Shown one piece after another: positions 1 through 7,495 of a DNA stretch of 31,066 nucleotides (the first letter of the stretch is position 1; every line of letters begins with the position of its first letter). This DNA comes from a virus (taxonomy: Duplodnaviria; Caudoviricetes). The stretch covers positions 1 through 31,066 of IMG/VR virus record IMGVR_UViG_3300025639_000014. One strand, 5' to 3'. The notes under the pieces are model-generated. The model was given only the letters and a program-made list of their open reading frames with translations, was not told where the DNA came from and did not search any database. Position numbers and translations under genes: made by a program.

Positions 1-693
1 CAAGAACGTACTGCTATTAAACTTAATGAATATATCACTGGACTAGATGACGCGTTTGAGAACTTTATAGAGTCTGATTTTAAGATGAAGTTCAATACTG
101 AGAAATACTTGGCAGACTCCAATGTTAAAGCATCTTATATTCAAGAGATTAATATGTGGGCATCAGGTGTTCGTAATGAATATGTTCTGTCTAAGACTGT
201 TCCTATTATGAAGGAAGGTTACTCTACATACACTACTCAGCAGAAGAATAAGGTTATTAAGTTCTTTGATGTGATGATTGATTCACTAGAGAAGTATAAA
301 GTAGCTGTAACACCTGCTCGTAAGAAGAAAGTAGTGCCTGCTTCTAAAGTTGTTTCAAAAGTGAAGTATGCTAAAGCATTCCCCGAACTTAAGCTTAAAT
401 CTGTTGATCCTGAGAAACTAATAGGTTCTAAAGAGGTTTGGTTATATAATACAGCAACTAAGATGCTTAGTTATTATACGTCTCTTGATGGAATGACTGT
501 TGGAGGGAGTACATTAAAGGGTTTTGATTTTTCAGAGCAAAGACGTTTAAGAACACCAGAAAAGCAGCTTAAACTTCTAACCTCTATGAGAAAGGGGCAA
601 TGGATTATCAGATTCACTACCATGGCTAAGACTGTTAGAACAAAAGGGTCAGGTAGACTAAATAACTCTACTATTATTTTAAAGGTATTCTAA
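1..693 (+). CDS. Conserved hypothetical protein of T4-like phages, 5'-truncated by the window
   Basis: Frame 1 is open from base 1 (CAA GAA CGT...), so the ATG at 85 is probably internal. Basic C-terminal part (LKSVDPEKLIGSKEVWLYNTATKML...GRLNNSTIILKVF). The stop overlaps the gp33 start (TAATG). Confidence 0.85.
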   Translation, partial: QERTAIKLNEYITGLDDAFENFIESDFKMKFNTEKYLADSNVKASYIQEINMWASGVRNEYVLSKTVPIMKEGYSTYTTQQKNKVIKFFDVMIDSLEKYKVAVTPARKKKVVPASKVVSKVKYAKAFPELKLKSVDPEKLIGSKEVWLYNTATKMLSYYTSLDGMTVGGSTLKGFDFSEQRRLRTPEKQLKLLTSMRKGQWIIRFTTMAKTVRTKGSGRLNNSTIILKVF

Positions 694-944
694 TGGCTAA
701 TATAATCGAAGCAGAACTTCAATCAAAACAGATCAATCAAAAGAAGTTTACACAACTAGTAGAGAAGCTAGTTGTTACGAATGGTGGGGATCTAATGGAT
801 GCTATTCTAATGATATGTGAAGACAATAATATAGATCCCTCTGACGCATCTAAGTATATGTCTAAACCATTAAAGTATAAGTTAGAGGCCTATGCTTCTA
901 ATCTTAAATTAATACAATCTACTGGTAATAAGTTACCGATATGA
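693..944 (+). CDS. gp33: Late-transcription coactivator gp33
   Basis: 83 aa. The pattern F..VE.LV.....MDAIL.ICE.NNID......SK.LK.KLE..A..L....KLPI matches the T4 gp33 family. It lies immediately upstream of gp59, as in T4-like phages. Confidence 0.85.
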   Translation: MANIIEAELQSKQINQKKFTQLVEKLVVTNGGDLMDAILMICEDNNIDPSDASKYMSKPLKYKLEAYASNLKLIQSTGNKLPI

Positions 945-1591
945 ATACAAATTTCGCCTATAACAAACCTGAGCAGTCACCATTTACAGCTAGAGCAGTA
1001 TACGAATCCTTTAGAATGTATCAAGCTCTTAGGTTACATTTCGACCCTGACTCTGATTATAACGCAGTTCGTTATAACTTCAAAACTATGGTAACACCTA
1101 AAGCATTCTTTAAGCGTAAGGATAAGTACAAGTATAACTATCCTATTAAGCATCATACTAAGAATGTTAAAGAGTTCTATGCATATAACTTCTTAGAAGG
1201 TGTTAACTGGGTTGGAGATATGACATCAATTAACTATGATAAGCATAATAAGGTCCGTGAGTCCTTACTATATACATTCAAAGAGGATATGTTTAGATTG
1301 TCAGAGATTGAGACCTCCCTAGATGTTTGGTTGAGATGTGAAGCTGATGGTCCTGAATCTAAATATGGTAAGAAGATCAGAATACCTCCTATTTTAAAGG
1401 AAACATCACCTGCACTTGAATCTATTGTTATCTTAAATAAACTTACAGGATTTGTTGAAGCGACAGAAGTCGAATATAAGAATTTTAATGTATACAGAAC
1501 ATTAGCTCATAGAGTAAAACGTTACTCAGATCTTATGCCAATCCCTGATATTAATAAATATAAAGATGTGGTTTTAAACACATTCAAGTAA
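941..1591 (+). CDS. gp59: Helicase loader gp59
   Basis: Motifs Y.MY.AL.LHF....Y.A..YNFK and F.KRKDKY. 216 aa. gp33-gp59-gp32 synteny and an ATGA overlap with gp33. Confidence 0.88.
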   Translation: MNTNFAYNKPEQSPFTARAVYESFRMYQALRLHFDPDSDYNAVRYNFKTMVTPKAFFKRKDKYKYNYPIKHHTKNVKEFYAYNFLEGVNWVGDMTSINYDKHNKVRESLLYTFKEDMFRLSEIETSLDVWLRCEADGPESKYGKKIRIPPILKETSPALESIVILNKLTGFVEATEVEYKNFNVYRTLAHRVKRYSDLMPIPDINKYKDVVLNTFK

Positions 1592-1597
1592 ACTATT

Positions 1598-1855
1598 ATG
1601 AATATACCAGGTATGAATAAAGAGAAAATAGAAAGAGAAAAAGAACGTATAGAGATATATAGGGAATTTTTTGAGAGATGGAAAGTAGGAATAGGTACTA
1701 AAGTTCATGTTAAGTATGATGAGCATCAATTTAAAACTACTGATCTAGGTATCATTAATGATATTATATCATCTGAATTAGCTCATATCAAATTCCCAGA
1801 TCTTAAAGGTGGTGGTGGTACATTTCATATGGAAAACTTAGTACTTGACATTTAG
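1598..1855 (+). CDS. Hypothetical protein, possibly with an SH3/KOW-like barrel
   Basis: 85-aa ORF filling the gap between gp59 and the gp32 promoter. Charged N-terminal helix followed by a beta-rich segment (VGIGTKVHV...GII...AHIKF...FHMENLVL). Confidence 0.7.
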   Translation: MNIPGMNKEKIEREKERIEIYREFFERWKVGIGTKVHVKYDEHQFKTTDLGIINDIISSELAHIKFPDLKGGGGTFHMENLVLDI

Positions 1856-1873
1856 AGTAAAATAGTGTATAAT
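1845..1873 (+). promoter_or_regulatory. Sigma70-type (early) promoter for gp32
   Basis: TTGACA (1845-1850), 17-nt spacer, TATAAT (1868-1873): perfect consensus, in the region upstream of gp32. Confidence 0.85.
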
Positions 1874-1959
1874 ACATAGTATAGAAATAGAAGTTCGTCT
1901 TATCTTCTTTAAAATTTGACACACATTGTAATATAATTTAAATACGAAAGGAGAAGTAT

Positions 1960-2853
1960 ATGTCATTTTCAGCAATGAAAAAGAATAGAAAAGCACAGAT
2001 TGATGGTTTAGTTAAAGCGGCTGAGTCAGTATCTGGTAATAAAAATAATGATTGGGATAAGGATGCCGATAAGTATTGGAAACCTACTGTAGATAAATCA
2101 GGTAATGGTTATGCAGTATTTCGTTTCCTACCTGCTGCAGAAGGTGAAGATGTGCCTTGGGTACGTTATTGGGATCACGGATTCCAAGGACCTGGTGGCT
2201 TATGGTATATCGAGCGTTCACTTACATCTATTGGTAAGCAAGATCCTCTATCTGAGATGAATACAGTTTTATGGAACTCGGGTCTTGATTCTGATAAAGA
2301 GTTAGTTCGCACTCGTAAACGTAGACTGCATTATGTGTCTAACATCTATGTTGTATCTGATTCAGCAAATCCTGCTAATGAAGGTAAGACTTTTATGTAT
2401 GTATATGGTAAGAAGATCTTTGACAAGTTAACAGAGGCAATGCAGCCTGAGTTTCCTGATGATGTACCAGTTAACCCTTTTGATTTCTGGGGTGGTGCTG
2501 ATTTTAAGTTGAAGATCCGTAAAGTAGAAGGTTATCGTAACTATGATCGTTCTGAGTTCGGTGATGTATCTGAATTCTTAGGTGGTGATGATACTAAACT
2601 AGAAGGTGTGTATAACTCTTTATATAATCTTCAAGAGTTTAATGGTGAATCACAGTATAAAACCTATGATGAGTTAAAGACTAAATTGGCACGTGTATTA
2701 GGAACAACAGTTCCGAGAAATACAGCAGAGTCAGTTGAGTTGGATGAAGTTGCTGCACCGGCTTCAACACCTACAGAGGCACCTGCTCCTGTAGAGACAT
2801 CCAATACGGATGATACGTTATCATACTTTGCTAAGTTAGCCCAAGAGGGTTAA
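1960..2853 (+). CDS. gp32: Single-stranded DNA-binding protein gp32
   Basis: Motifs DKSGNGYAVFRFLPA, HGFQGPGG.WYIE.SL, YGKKIFDKL, NPFDFWGGADFKLKIRKVEGYRNYD.SEF and the C-terminus DDTLSYFAKLA. SD AAGGAG at 1948-1953. Confidence 0.97.
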   Translation: MSFSAMKKNRKAQIDGLVKAAESVSGNKNNDWDKDADKYWKPTVDKSGNGYAVFRFLPAAEGEDVPWVRYWDHGFQGPGGLWYIERSLTSIGKQDPLSEMNTVLWNSGLDSDKELVRTRKRRLHYVSNIYVVSDSANPANEGKTFMYVYGKKIFDKLTEAMQPEFPDDVPVNPFDFWGGADFKLKIRKVEGYRNYDRSEFGDVSEFLGGDDTKLEGVYNSLYNLQEFNGESQYKTYDELKTKLARVLGTTVPRNTAESVELDEVAAPASTPTEAPAPVETSNTDDTLSYFAKLAQEG

Positions 2854-2867
2854 TCATTCTACATCAG

Positions 2868-2893
2868 AAGGGGTCTTAATTGACCCCTTTTTT
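2868..2893 (+). terminator. Intrinsic terminator after gp32, possibly bidirectional
   Basis: Stem AAGGGGTC / GACCCCTT with loop TTAATT, running into a T tract. It sits between the convergent gp32 and 97-aa genes. Confidence 0.88.
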
Positions 2894-2897
2894 ATGC

Positions 2898-3191
2898 CTA
2901 TCGATTCATGTATGCAGTGAATCCCATATAAGCACCTACTACAGACGCTTGACCCATATAAAAGAGTCCTAATAGATCACCTAGTGCGTCAACACGTTCT
3001 ACTGATACAAGTGGTGTAAACAGTACACCTGTAAAGGCTATCATACCAAACATAGAGATCCATGCCATTTTCTTTTGTGATTCAAGTTTCTCTTCTTTTA
3101 GTTCGATGTTCATTATACGTTCACGGCGATCAACTTCTGCTTTAGTTAACTTACCGTCTTCATTGATATCATACTTACTGAATATTTCCAT
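2898..3191 (-). CDS. Small two-TM membrane protein with an N-terminal EF-hand-like loop (holin-like candidate)
   Basis: 97 aa. DINEDGKLTKAE loop. Hydrophobic segments MAWISMFGMIAFTGVLFTPLV and LLGLFYMGQASVVGAYMGFTAYM. AGGA SD. Confidence 0.75.
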   Translation of the reverse strand: MEIFSKYDINEDGKLTKAEVDRRERIMNIELKEEKLESQKKMAWISMFGMIAFTGVLFTPLVSVERVDALGDLLGLFYMGQASVVGAYMGFTAYMNR

Positions 3192-3204
3192 TGTCTATTA
3201 TCCT

Positions 3205-4641
3205 TTAATTAACTGCACCTAAAAATCTACTATTAGCGTTACTGAAAGATCTTGCTGGTGGAGTAGTAGATACATTAGTTGTATTATGTGTAGATGAATT
3301 ATCAGTCATAACTTGTTTCGCATCAACCTGAATTGCTTTATTTTGTTCTTTTAAGTCTTCAGCATCTTGTTTAATCTGTGCATTATTTGTAGTAGCAGTC
3401 ATAGCAGGTGCATCTTGGTTAGGTTTAGACATAGTAACACCAAGATATTTCTTTTGAAGCACTTCCTGAGAGGTCCTGAATTTCTTTACTTTAACTGATG
3501 ACTTACTTGGTGTATCAATAAGTGATTTAGCATCATTCTGTATTGCTTTATCTTGTTTAGACTGCACAACAGCAGGGGGTGCATCAACATATTCATATAG
3601 TCCTTCAGGTACAGCCCATGCTAATATACTATCTCTGTCGGGTAACATAGGTCTTATAATACCTTTTAACCAAGTATTAAAAGCTTCTGTAATACCTAGA
3701 TCGTCTAATATACCACCGAGAGCAGAGAATGCATCAAGAACTACATTACCCAACATATTGATAATACCACCTTTACCATCCTCACCTATAATCATTTGTT
3801 TAAGACCACCTGATAGATCACCACTTAATAGTTTACCAAGACCTCCTACAACATCCATAATACCAGAAGTAACGGATATTAAGGCATCCCCAATAAAACT
3901 AGTTAAGTGATCCCCGATAGTAGAGAAGATAGTAGAAACAGCTTCTATAATAGGTGTTAAAGTTATCATTAGATTGTCCCACTTTACACCAAGGGCTTTT
4001 AGTTGTGTGTCAAATTCACCTGCTTGAAACTTGTCATATAAACCTTTTACAAGAAGAACAACCGCCCCTATCACACCAGCTTTACCAAAGATCTTTAATA
4101 CGTTTAGAGATAATCCTTTGAACATTACAAGACCAGCGAGTAGACCTTTTCTCAATCTACCAAATAGACCTAATTTTGATTCAACTTCTTGATCTGGTTT
4201 TCCATCAACTCCTTGTTGAGAGGCCGATCCCTTCTCATTCTCAAGTTCCCTTCTCATTCTAGCTGCTGATTTAGACATCTGATTCTGTTTTTTAAATGCC
4301 TTACTCTCTAGATCGTATGCCCTCATACTTTGAGTATTATCCTTTGCCATGAACTCTACTATTAAAGGTAATTGTTTTGCTGAGATAAAACCTAGTGTTG
4401 ATGCTATACGTCTTAGTTCTGTAGTAATAGGAGTGTATTTGTTCTTATTTGATCCTAATGAAGAAACAACTTTTAATATAGATGCATTAGACTTCTCTAG
4501 AGTTTCAGAGGATTTATTTACAGCAGCACCAATAGAAGATAATGTTTCTACTCCCATTATTGTAGATGTAGCATCTACCATCTGAGCACTAATTAATCTA
4601 GACCCTAGATTGTCTTGTGATTTTACCATTTCAGTTGCCAT
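3205..4641 (-). CDS. Putative tail tape-measure / hub protein (gp29-like position)
   Basis: 478 aa, predicted helical, with a Gly/Leu/Ile-rich amphipathic middle and a low-complexity C-terminus (DNSSTHNTTNVS). Directly downstream of the gp26/gp51-like genes. AGGA SD. Confidence 0.65.
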   Translation of the reverse strand: MATEMVKSQDNLGSRLISAQMVDATSTIMGVETLSSIGAAVNKSSETLEKSNASILKVVSSLGSNKNKYTPITTELRRIASTLGFISAKQLPLIVEFMAKDNTQSMRAYDLESKAFKKQNQMSKSAARMRRELENEKGSASQQGVDGKPDQEVESKLGLFGRLRKGLLAGLVMFKGLSLNVLKIFGKAGVIGAVVLLVKGLYDKFQAGEFDTQLKALGVKWDNLMITLTPIIEAVSTIFSTIGDHLTSFIGDALISVTSGIMDVVGGLGKLLSGDLSGGLKQMIIGEDGKGGIINMLGNVVLDAFSALGGILDDLGITEAFNTWLKGIIRPMLPDRDSILAWAVPEGLYEYVDAPPAVVQSKQDKAIQNDAKSLIDTPSKSSVKVKKFRTSQEVLQKKYLGVTMSKPNQDAPAMTATTNNAQIKQDAEDLKEQNKAIQVDAKQVMTDNSSTHNTTNVSTTPPARSFSNANSRFLGAVN

Positions 4642-4659
4642 TTACTTAAATCCTATTTG

Positions 4660-4845
4660 TTATCTATTTTGACTTTTAATTCTTTCATTTTCTTCTTCTA
4701 TATCCTGTATTAAGAGCGCCACATATACTTCCCTTTCCCAAGGTATCATATTTTCTAATTCTGTCAATGAGTATTGATAATGTCTACTCATTGTAAAATT
4801 AGTCTTATAATAATTAGTTAAACTAGTATGAGAAAGGGCTATTAG
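4660..4845 (-). CDS. gp51: gp51-like baseplate hub assembly domain, absent from the ORF track; probably reached by -1 frameshift from gp26
   Basis: Manual translation gives LIALSHTSLTNYYKTNFTMSRHYQYSLTELENMIPWEREVYVALLIQDIEEENERIKSQNR*. NYY..NF...YSLTELENMIPWER.VY..LL is the signature of short gp51 proteins of marine T4-like phages. The first ATG (4791) lies inside the conserved region. Confidence 0.85.
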   Translation of the reverse strand, partial: LIALSHTSLTNYYKTNFTMSRHYQYSLTELENMIPWEREVYVALLIQDIEEENERIKSQNR

Positions 4846-5555
4846 AAAAAATTGTCTATACCCACTAACTTAACTTTATTAATTTTTTCACACTTAGAAC
4901 ATTTAAACTTAGAATTTAACTCTAGACGCGGCATATTTTCAATAAAATCTGATAATAGTTTAAACTGTTTAGAGTTCAAACCTTCTATAAAGGAATACAT
5001 TTCCTTAATACCCTCATCTTGTATATTATATACAGTATCACCCTCATATACATAATCAATGCATTGTATAACCTTATGAAATATCTGATTAGTCTGGGAC
5101 TCACTTGTTGTATCCTCGACTAAGGAGTCTTCCATTGATAGATGCTTTAATACAATTCCTACATTTTCAGTTAACTGAATTTTAAAATGTGATTTTTTAG
5201 TTTTAAGATTAGTTACAGAGATATCTTTATCAACATTTAATGGTATGGTATTAGATTCCTGACATTTCTCACATTTAATAACAACTTCACTCGTTTCACC
5301 CACGGACTTTGCTTTCATCTGTGTAAAGATATACTCAATATCATATAACTTTAGTTTCTTAGGATTAATATCCTGTGTAACACATCTTTTAATAATATCA
5401 ACTACTGCTTTCATCATAACAGTTTCCGACTCGGATTCTGCGGCAATCATTAATATCTTTTCTTCACCTACTAGATAAGGTCTAAACTCTACTTCAACTT
5501 GAGTTGATGGTATTGTTAAATTATATTTAGGTACTGCTATTTGTGGTAATGCCAT
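4842..5555 (-). CDS. gp26: Baseplate hub assembly protein gp26
   Basis: MALP....PKY.L.IPS......FRPYLVGEEKILMIA.ES, DIEYIF....KSVGE, two CxxC motifs (CEKC, CSKC) and the C-terminal G...FF. Confidence 0.9.
   Translation of the reverse strand: MALPQIAVPKYNLTIPSTQVEVEFRPYLVGEEKILMIAAESESETVMMKAVVDIIKRCVTQDINPKKLKLYDIEYIFTQMKAKSVGETSEVVIKCEKCQESNTIPLNVDKDISVTNLKTKKSHFKIQLTENVGIVLKHLSMEDSLVEDTTSESQTNQIFHKVIQCIDYVYEGDTVYNIQDEGIKEMYSFIEGLNSKQFKLLSDFIENMPRLELNSKFKCSKCEKINKVKLVGIDNFF
4845..4851 (-). other. Candidate -1 slippery heptamer T-TTT-TTC
   Basis: gp26 ends GAC AAT TTT TTC TAA TAG. The heptamer has the X-XXY-YYZ form in the correct register, and the -1 frame is the gp51-like frame. Confidence 0.65.
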
Positions 5556-5584
5556 GATTCAATTCACCTGTTTCACTGTTATTA

Positions 5585-6280
5585 TTAAAATATATTTCCT
5601 ATTAAATTACCAGCTGTTCCTAATGCTGCATCTAATAAGCCTTGTTCTTCCCAATTATCATATGCCATAGATACTGTACATCTTACATAATCAGAGGATG
5701 TGTTAGATAATTCTACCGCATCCATTGCAATAGGGTATGCATTTTTTAATGATATAGAATATGATGGTATGAAATCCCCTGACGCCATCTGTTGTATTTG
5801 TATATCAGTAGAGTAATTATTCTTATAATTAAGTTTTAATTCATTTATATCATCGGATGGTGGTACTATGAAATCCATCCAGGACTTAAAATATTTCCAA
5901 ATATAGTAATCATTAGTAAGTAGAAATGTAAACTTAACGGCTGATGTATCTATACCATATGCTACTTTAGTTGTTTTTATACCGGTTCTACGATCAGATG
6001 TCATAAAAGATCTACCTGGTAATGTACATGATTCAGCAAGAAGATACATATCTCTGGGATCATTAAGAAACGCAGTAGGAGAAAAAGAAGATCCTGTTGC
6101 TAATGATTGAAGACCTTTTGTTGCTAGGGAACCTATAGTAGCACCTATACCACCAGCACCCCCTGTAAGTAGATTCTGACCTGCAGGATTATTCATATAT
6201 ATGGCAAATTTATTAGCTATTGCTAAACCACCACGTCTATTAATAGTTGATTTTAATGTATCTACATTAGCTGGTAACAT
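5585..6280 (-). CDS. gp54: Baseplate-tail tube initiator (gp54-like, tail-tube fold)
   Basis: GGLA.ANKF, AESCTLPGR, F..WMD.I, Y...Y..DIQIQQ, L.NAYP....VEL.......TVSMAY..W: gp54/gp19-like pattern. Confidence 0.78.
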   Translation of the reverse strand: MLPANVDTLKSTINRRGGLAIANKFAIYMNNPAGQNLLTGGAGGIGATIGSLATKGLQSLATGSSFSPTAFLNDPRDMYLLAESCTLPGRSFMTSDRRTGIKTTKVAYGIDTSAVKFTFLLTNDYYIWKYFKSWMDFIVPPSDDINELKLNYKNNYSTDIQIQQMASGDFIPSYSISLKNAYPIAMDAVELSNTSSDYVRCTVSMAYDNWEEQGLLDAALGTAGNLIGNIF

Positions 6281-6876
6281 TAGTATGCCCTTCTAGATTG
6301 ACCCCATACATGGGATTTTGATTTCTTTTTAAATGATTCTGTTTTAAGGAATATTGCTATTTCCCATTCAGGTGCTTCTACCATTGCAATATTTGAATTA
6401 ACATGCCCTGTTAAATAATGCTTAAAACACGGTGCAAATTCTTTTAACTTACCAACTGATTTTAATGCTTGATAGTTCAACTTCATTCTTGTTGTTTCAT
6501 CAAACTTTCGATTATTAGTATTTTCCATTAACTTATCTAGAAACTTAGCTCTTAATACAGGAGATAGATAATGTAGATTCAATCCATAGAATCCACCTTT
6601 AGCTCTTTCTACTGCAATGATTAAAGGAAAGGCATCATAATACGGTAATGTCTTACGATGCTTAGGATCATAGAAGAACATATACATAGATCCTGTTCTG
6701 AATCCCTTTCTCTTTTGAAGAGCCGAATCCTTTAATACTTTTTGTGGATTTTGTGCTCCTAATTCCTGTACTTTAGATCTAAACCATTTAGAGGAATCAA
6801 CAGTTCTTGCTTGAATACCTGATCTAAATGCTTCTTTCTCTAATGTATCGAATAATGATTTCTTTTGTTCTGCCAT
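6280..6876 (-). CDS. gp2: DNA end-protector protein gp2
   Basis: G.MYMFFYDPKH..TLPYYD.FPLI, GFYGLNLHYL.P..RA..LD.L, PC.KHYL..HV, EW..AIFL....F.K....VW..S. Confidence 0.95.
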   Translation of the reverse strand: MAEQKKSLFDTLEKEAFRSGIQARTVDSSKWFRSKVQELGAQNPQKVLKDSALQKRKGFRTGSMYMFFYDPKHRKTLPYYDAFPLIIAVERAKGGFYGLNLHYLSPVLRAKFLDKLMENTNNRKFDETTRMKLNYQALKSVGKLKEFAPCFKHYLTGHVNSNIAMVEAPEWEIAIFLKTESFKKKSKSHVWGQSRRAY

Positions 6877-6881
6877 ATGTT

Positions 6882-6889
6882 TATTTATA
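6882..6889 (-). promoter_or_regulatory. T4-type late promoter (gp55) for gp2
   Basis: TATAAATA on the - strand, 5 nt before the gp2 ATG. Confidence 0.8.
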
Positions 6890-6897
6890 TATTTTAC

Positions 6898-6926
6898 TTG
6901 ACTTTTCTTTGTATATGTGTTATAAT
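6898..6926 (+). promoter_or_regulatory. Sigma70-type promoter oriented antisense to gp4
   Basis: TTGACT (6898-6903), 17-nt spacer, TATAAT (6921-6926), with an extended -10 TG at 6918-6919. It shares TACTTGAC with the gp32 promoter. Confidence 0.72.
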
Positions 6927-6962
6927 ATTATTACCGTCCGCGGAAAGTGGGTACACAGTATA

Positions 6963-7454
6963 TTATTTACTTCGTATCTTCTTCTTTGGTTGTTTAGTCT
7001 TCGGTAATTGTGACCTGAGTAATTTAATACCAAGACCTTCTAGTTTATGTTCAGTCCATATCTCAAAGGTACAGTTATTCTGTTCAGCGAAGAGAGTAGC
7101 AGCTTCCCATTTACATTGATTCTTTACATAGGTTAATGACTCTGTAATATAACGTTTAGTTCTTCTAGAACCTGTTGGTGGTCTTGTTTGTTTATCAGGT
7201 TTAATCTCTATTAGGTATTTCCTACCACCTTTAGTCTTAAAGTATACATCAATGAAGTAACGATGCATCTTACCATCTGTTTGACATCTATATGGTATTA
7301 TCACTTCTTCTGAGTTCCATTCTACTATATGGGGTTGATCTTCAATCCATCTAAAGGTTTGTCTTTCCCATAGAGATCTATAGGTTATTGAGGTATAGTC
7401 ACCTTTATATTTTTTTATATTTTTGGGTTTGTATTTACCCTTGTAGGTTTTCAT
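6963..7454 (-). CDS. gp4: Head completion protein gp4 (TnsA-like PD-(D/E)XK nuclease fold)
   Basis: YKGKYKPKN..KYKGD...I.YRSLWER, WNSEE..IPY....D...HRYF.D, YLIEIKP..QT, N..KWEAA, TE..L. Confidence 0.95.
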   Translation of the reverse strand: MKTYKGKYKPKNIKKYKGDYTSITYRSLWERQTFRWIEDQPHIVEWNSEEVIIPYRCQTDGKMHRYFIDVYFKTKGGRKYLIEIKPDKQTRPPTGSRRTKRYITESLTYVKNQCKWEAATLFAEQNNCTFEIWTEHKLEGLGIKLLRSQLPKTKQPKKKIRSK

Positions 7455-7470
7455 TATAAATATATAAATA
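7455..7470 (+). promoter_or_regulatory. Tandem late promoters for the gp48 operon
   Basis: TATAAATA at 7455-7462 and again at 7463-7470. Confidence 0.78.
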
Positions 7471-7487
7471 AGTAATAATAATAAACA

Positions 7488-7495
7488 TATTTATA
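7488..7495 (-). promoter_or_regulatory. Late promoter for gp4
   Basis: TATTTATA on + equals TATAAATA on -, 33 nt upstream of the gp4 ATG. Confidence 0.75.

Noticed and set aside
1591-1603. ACTATTATGAAT shared between the 1598 start and the gp25 start
   Set aside because: It is a low-complexity AT-rich match, and the 1598 copy lacks the TATAAATA box.
1916-1937. Second TTGACA...TATAAT pair in the gp32 leader
   Set aside because: The spacer is only 10 nt, incompatible with sigma70.
6865-7119. 84-aa + strand ORF overlapping the antisense promoter
   Set aside because: It starts upstream of the promoter, has no SD, is Cys/Phe-rich shadow sequence and overlaps gp2 and gp4.
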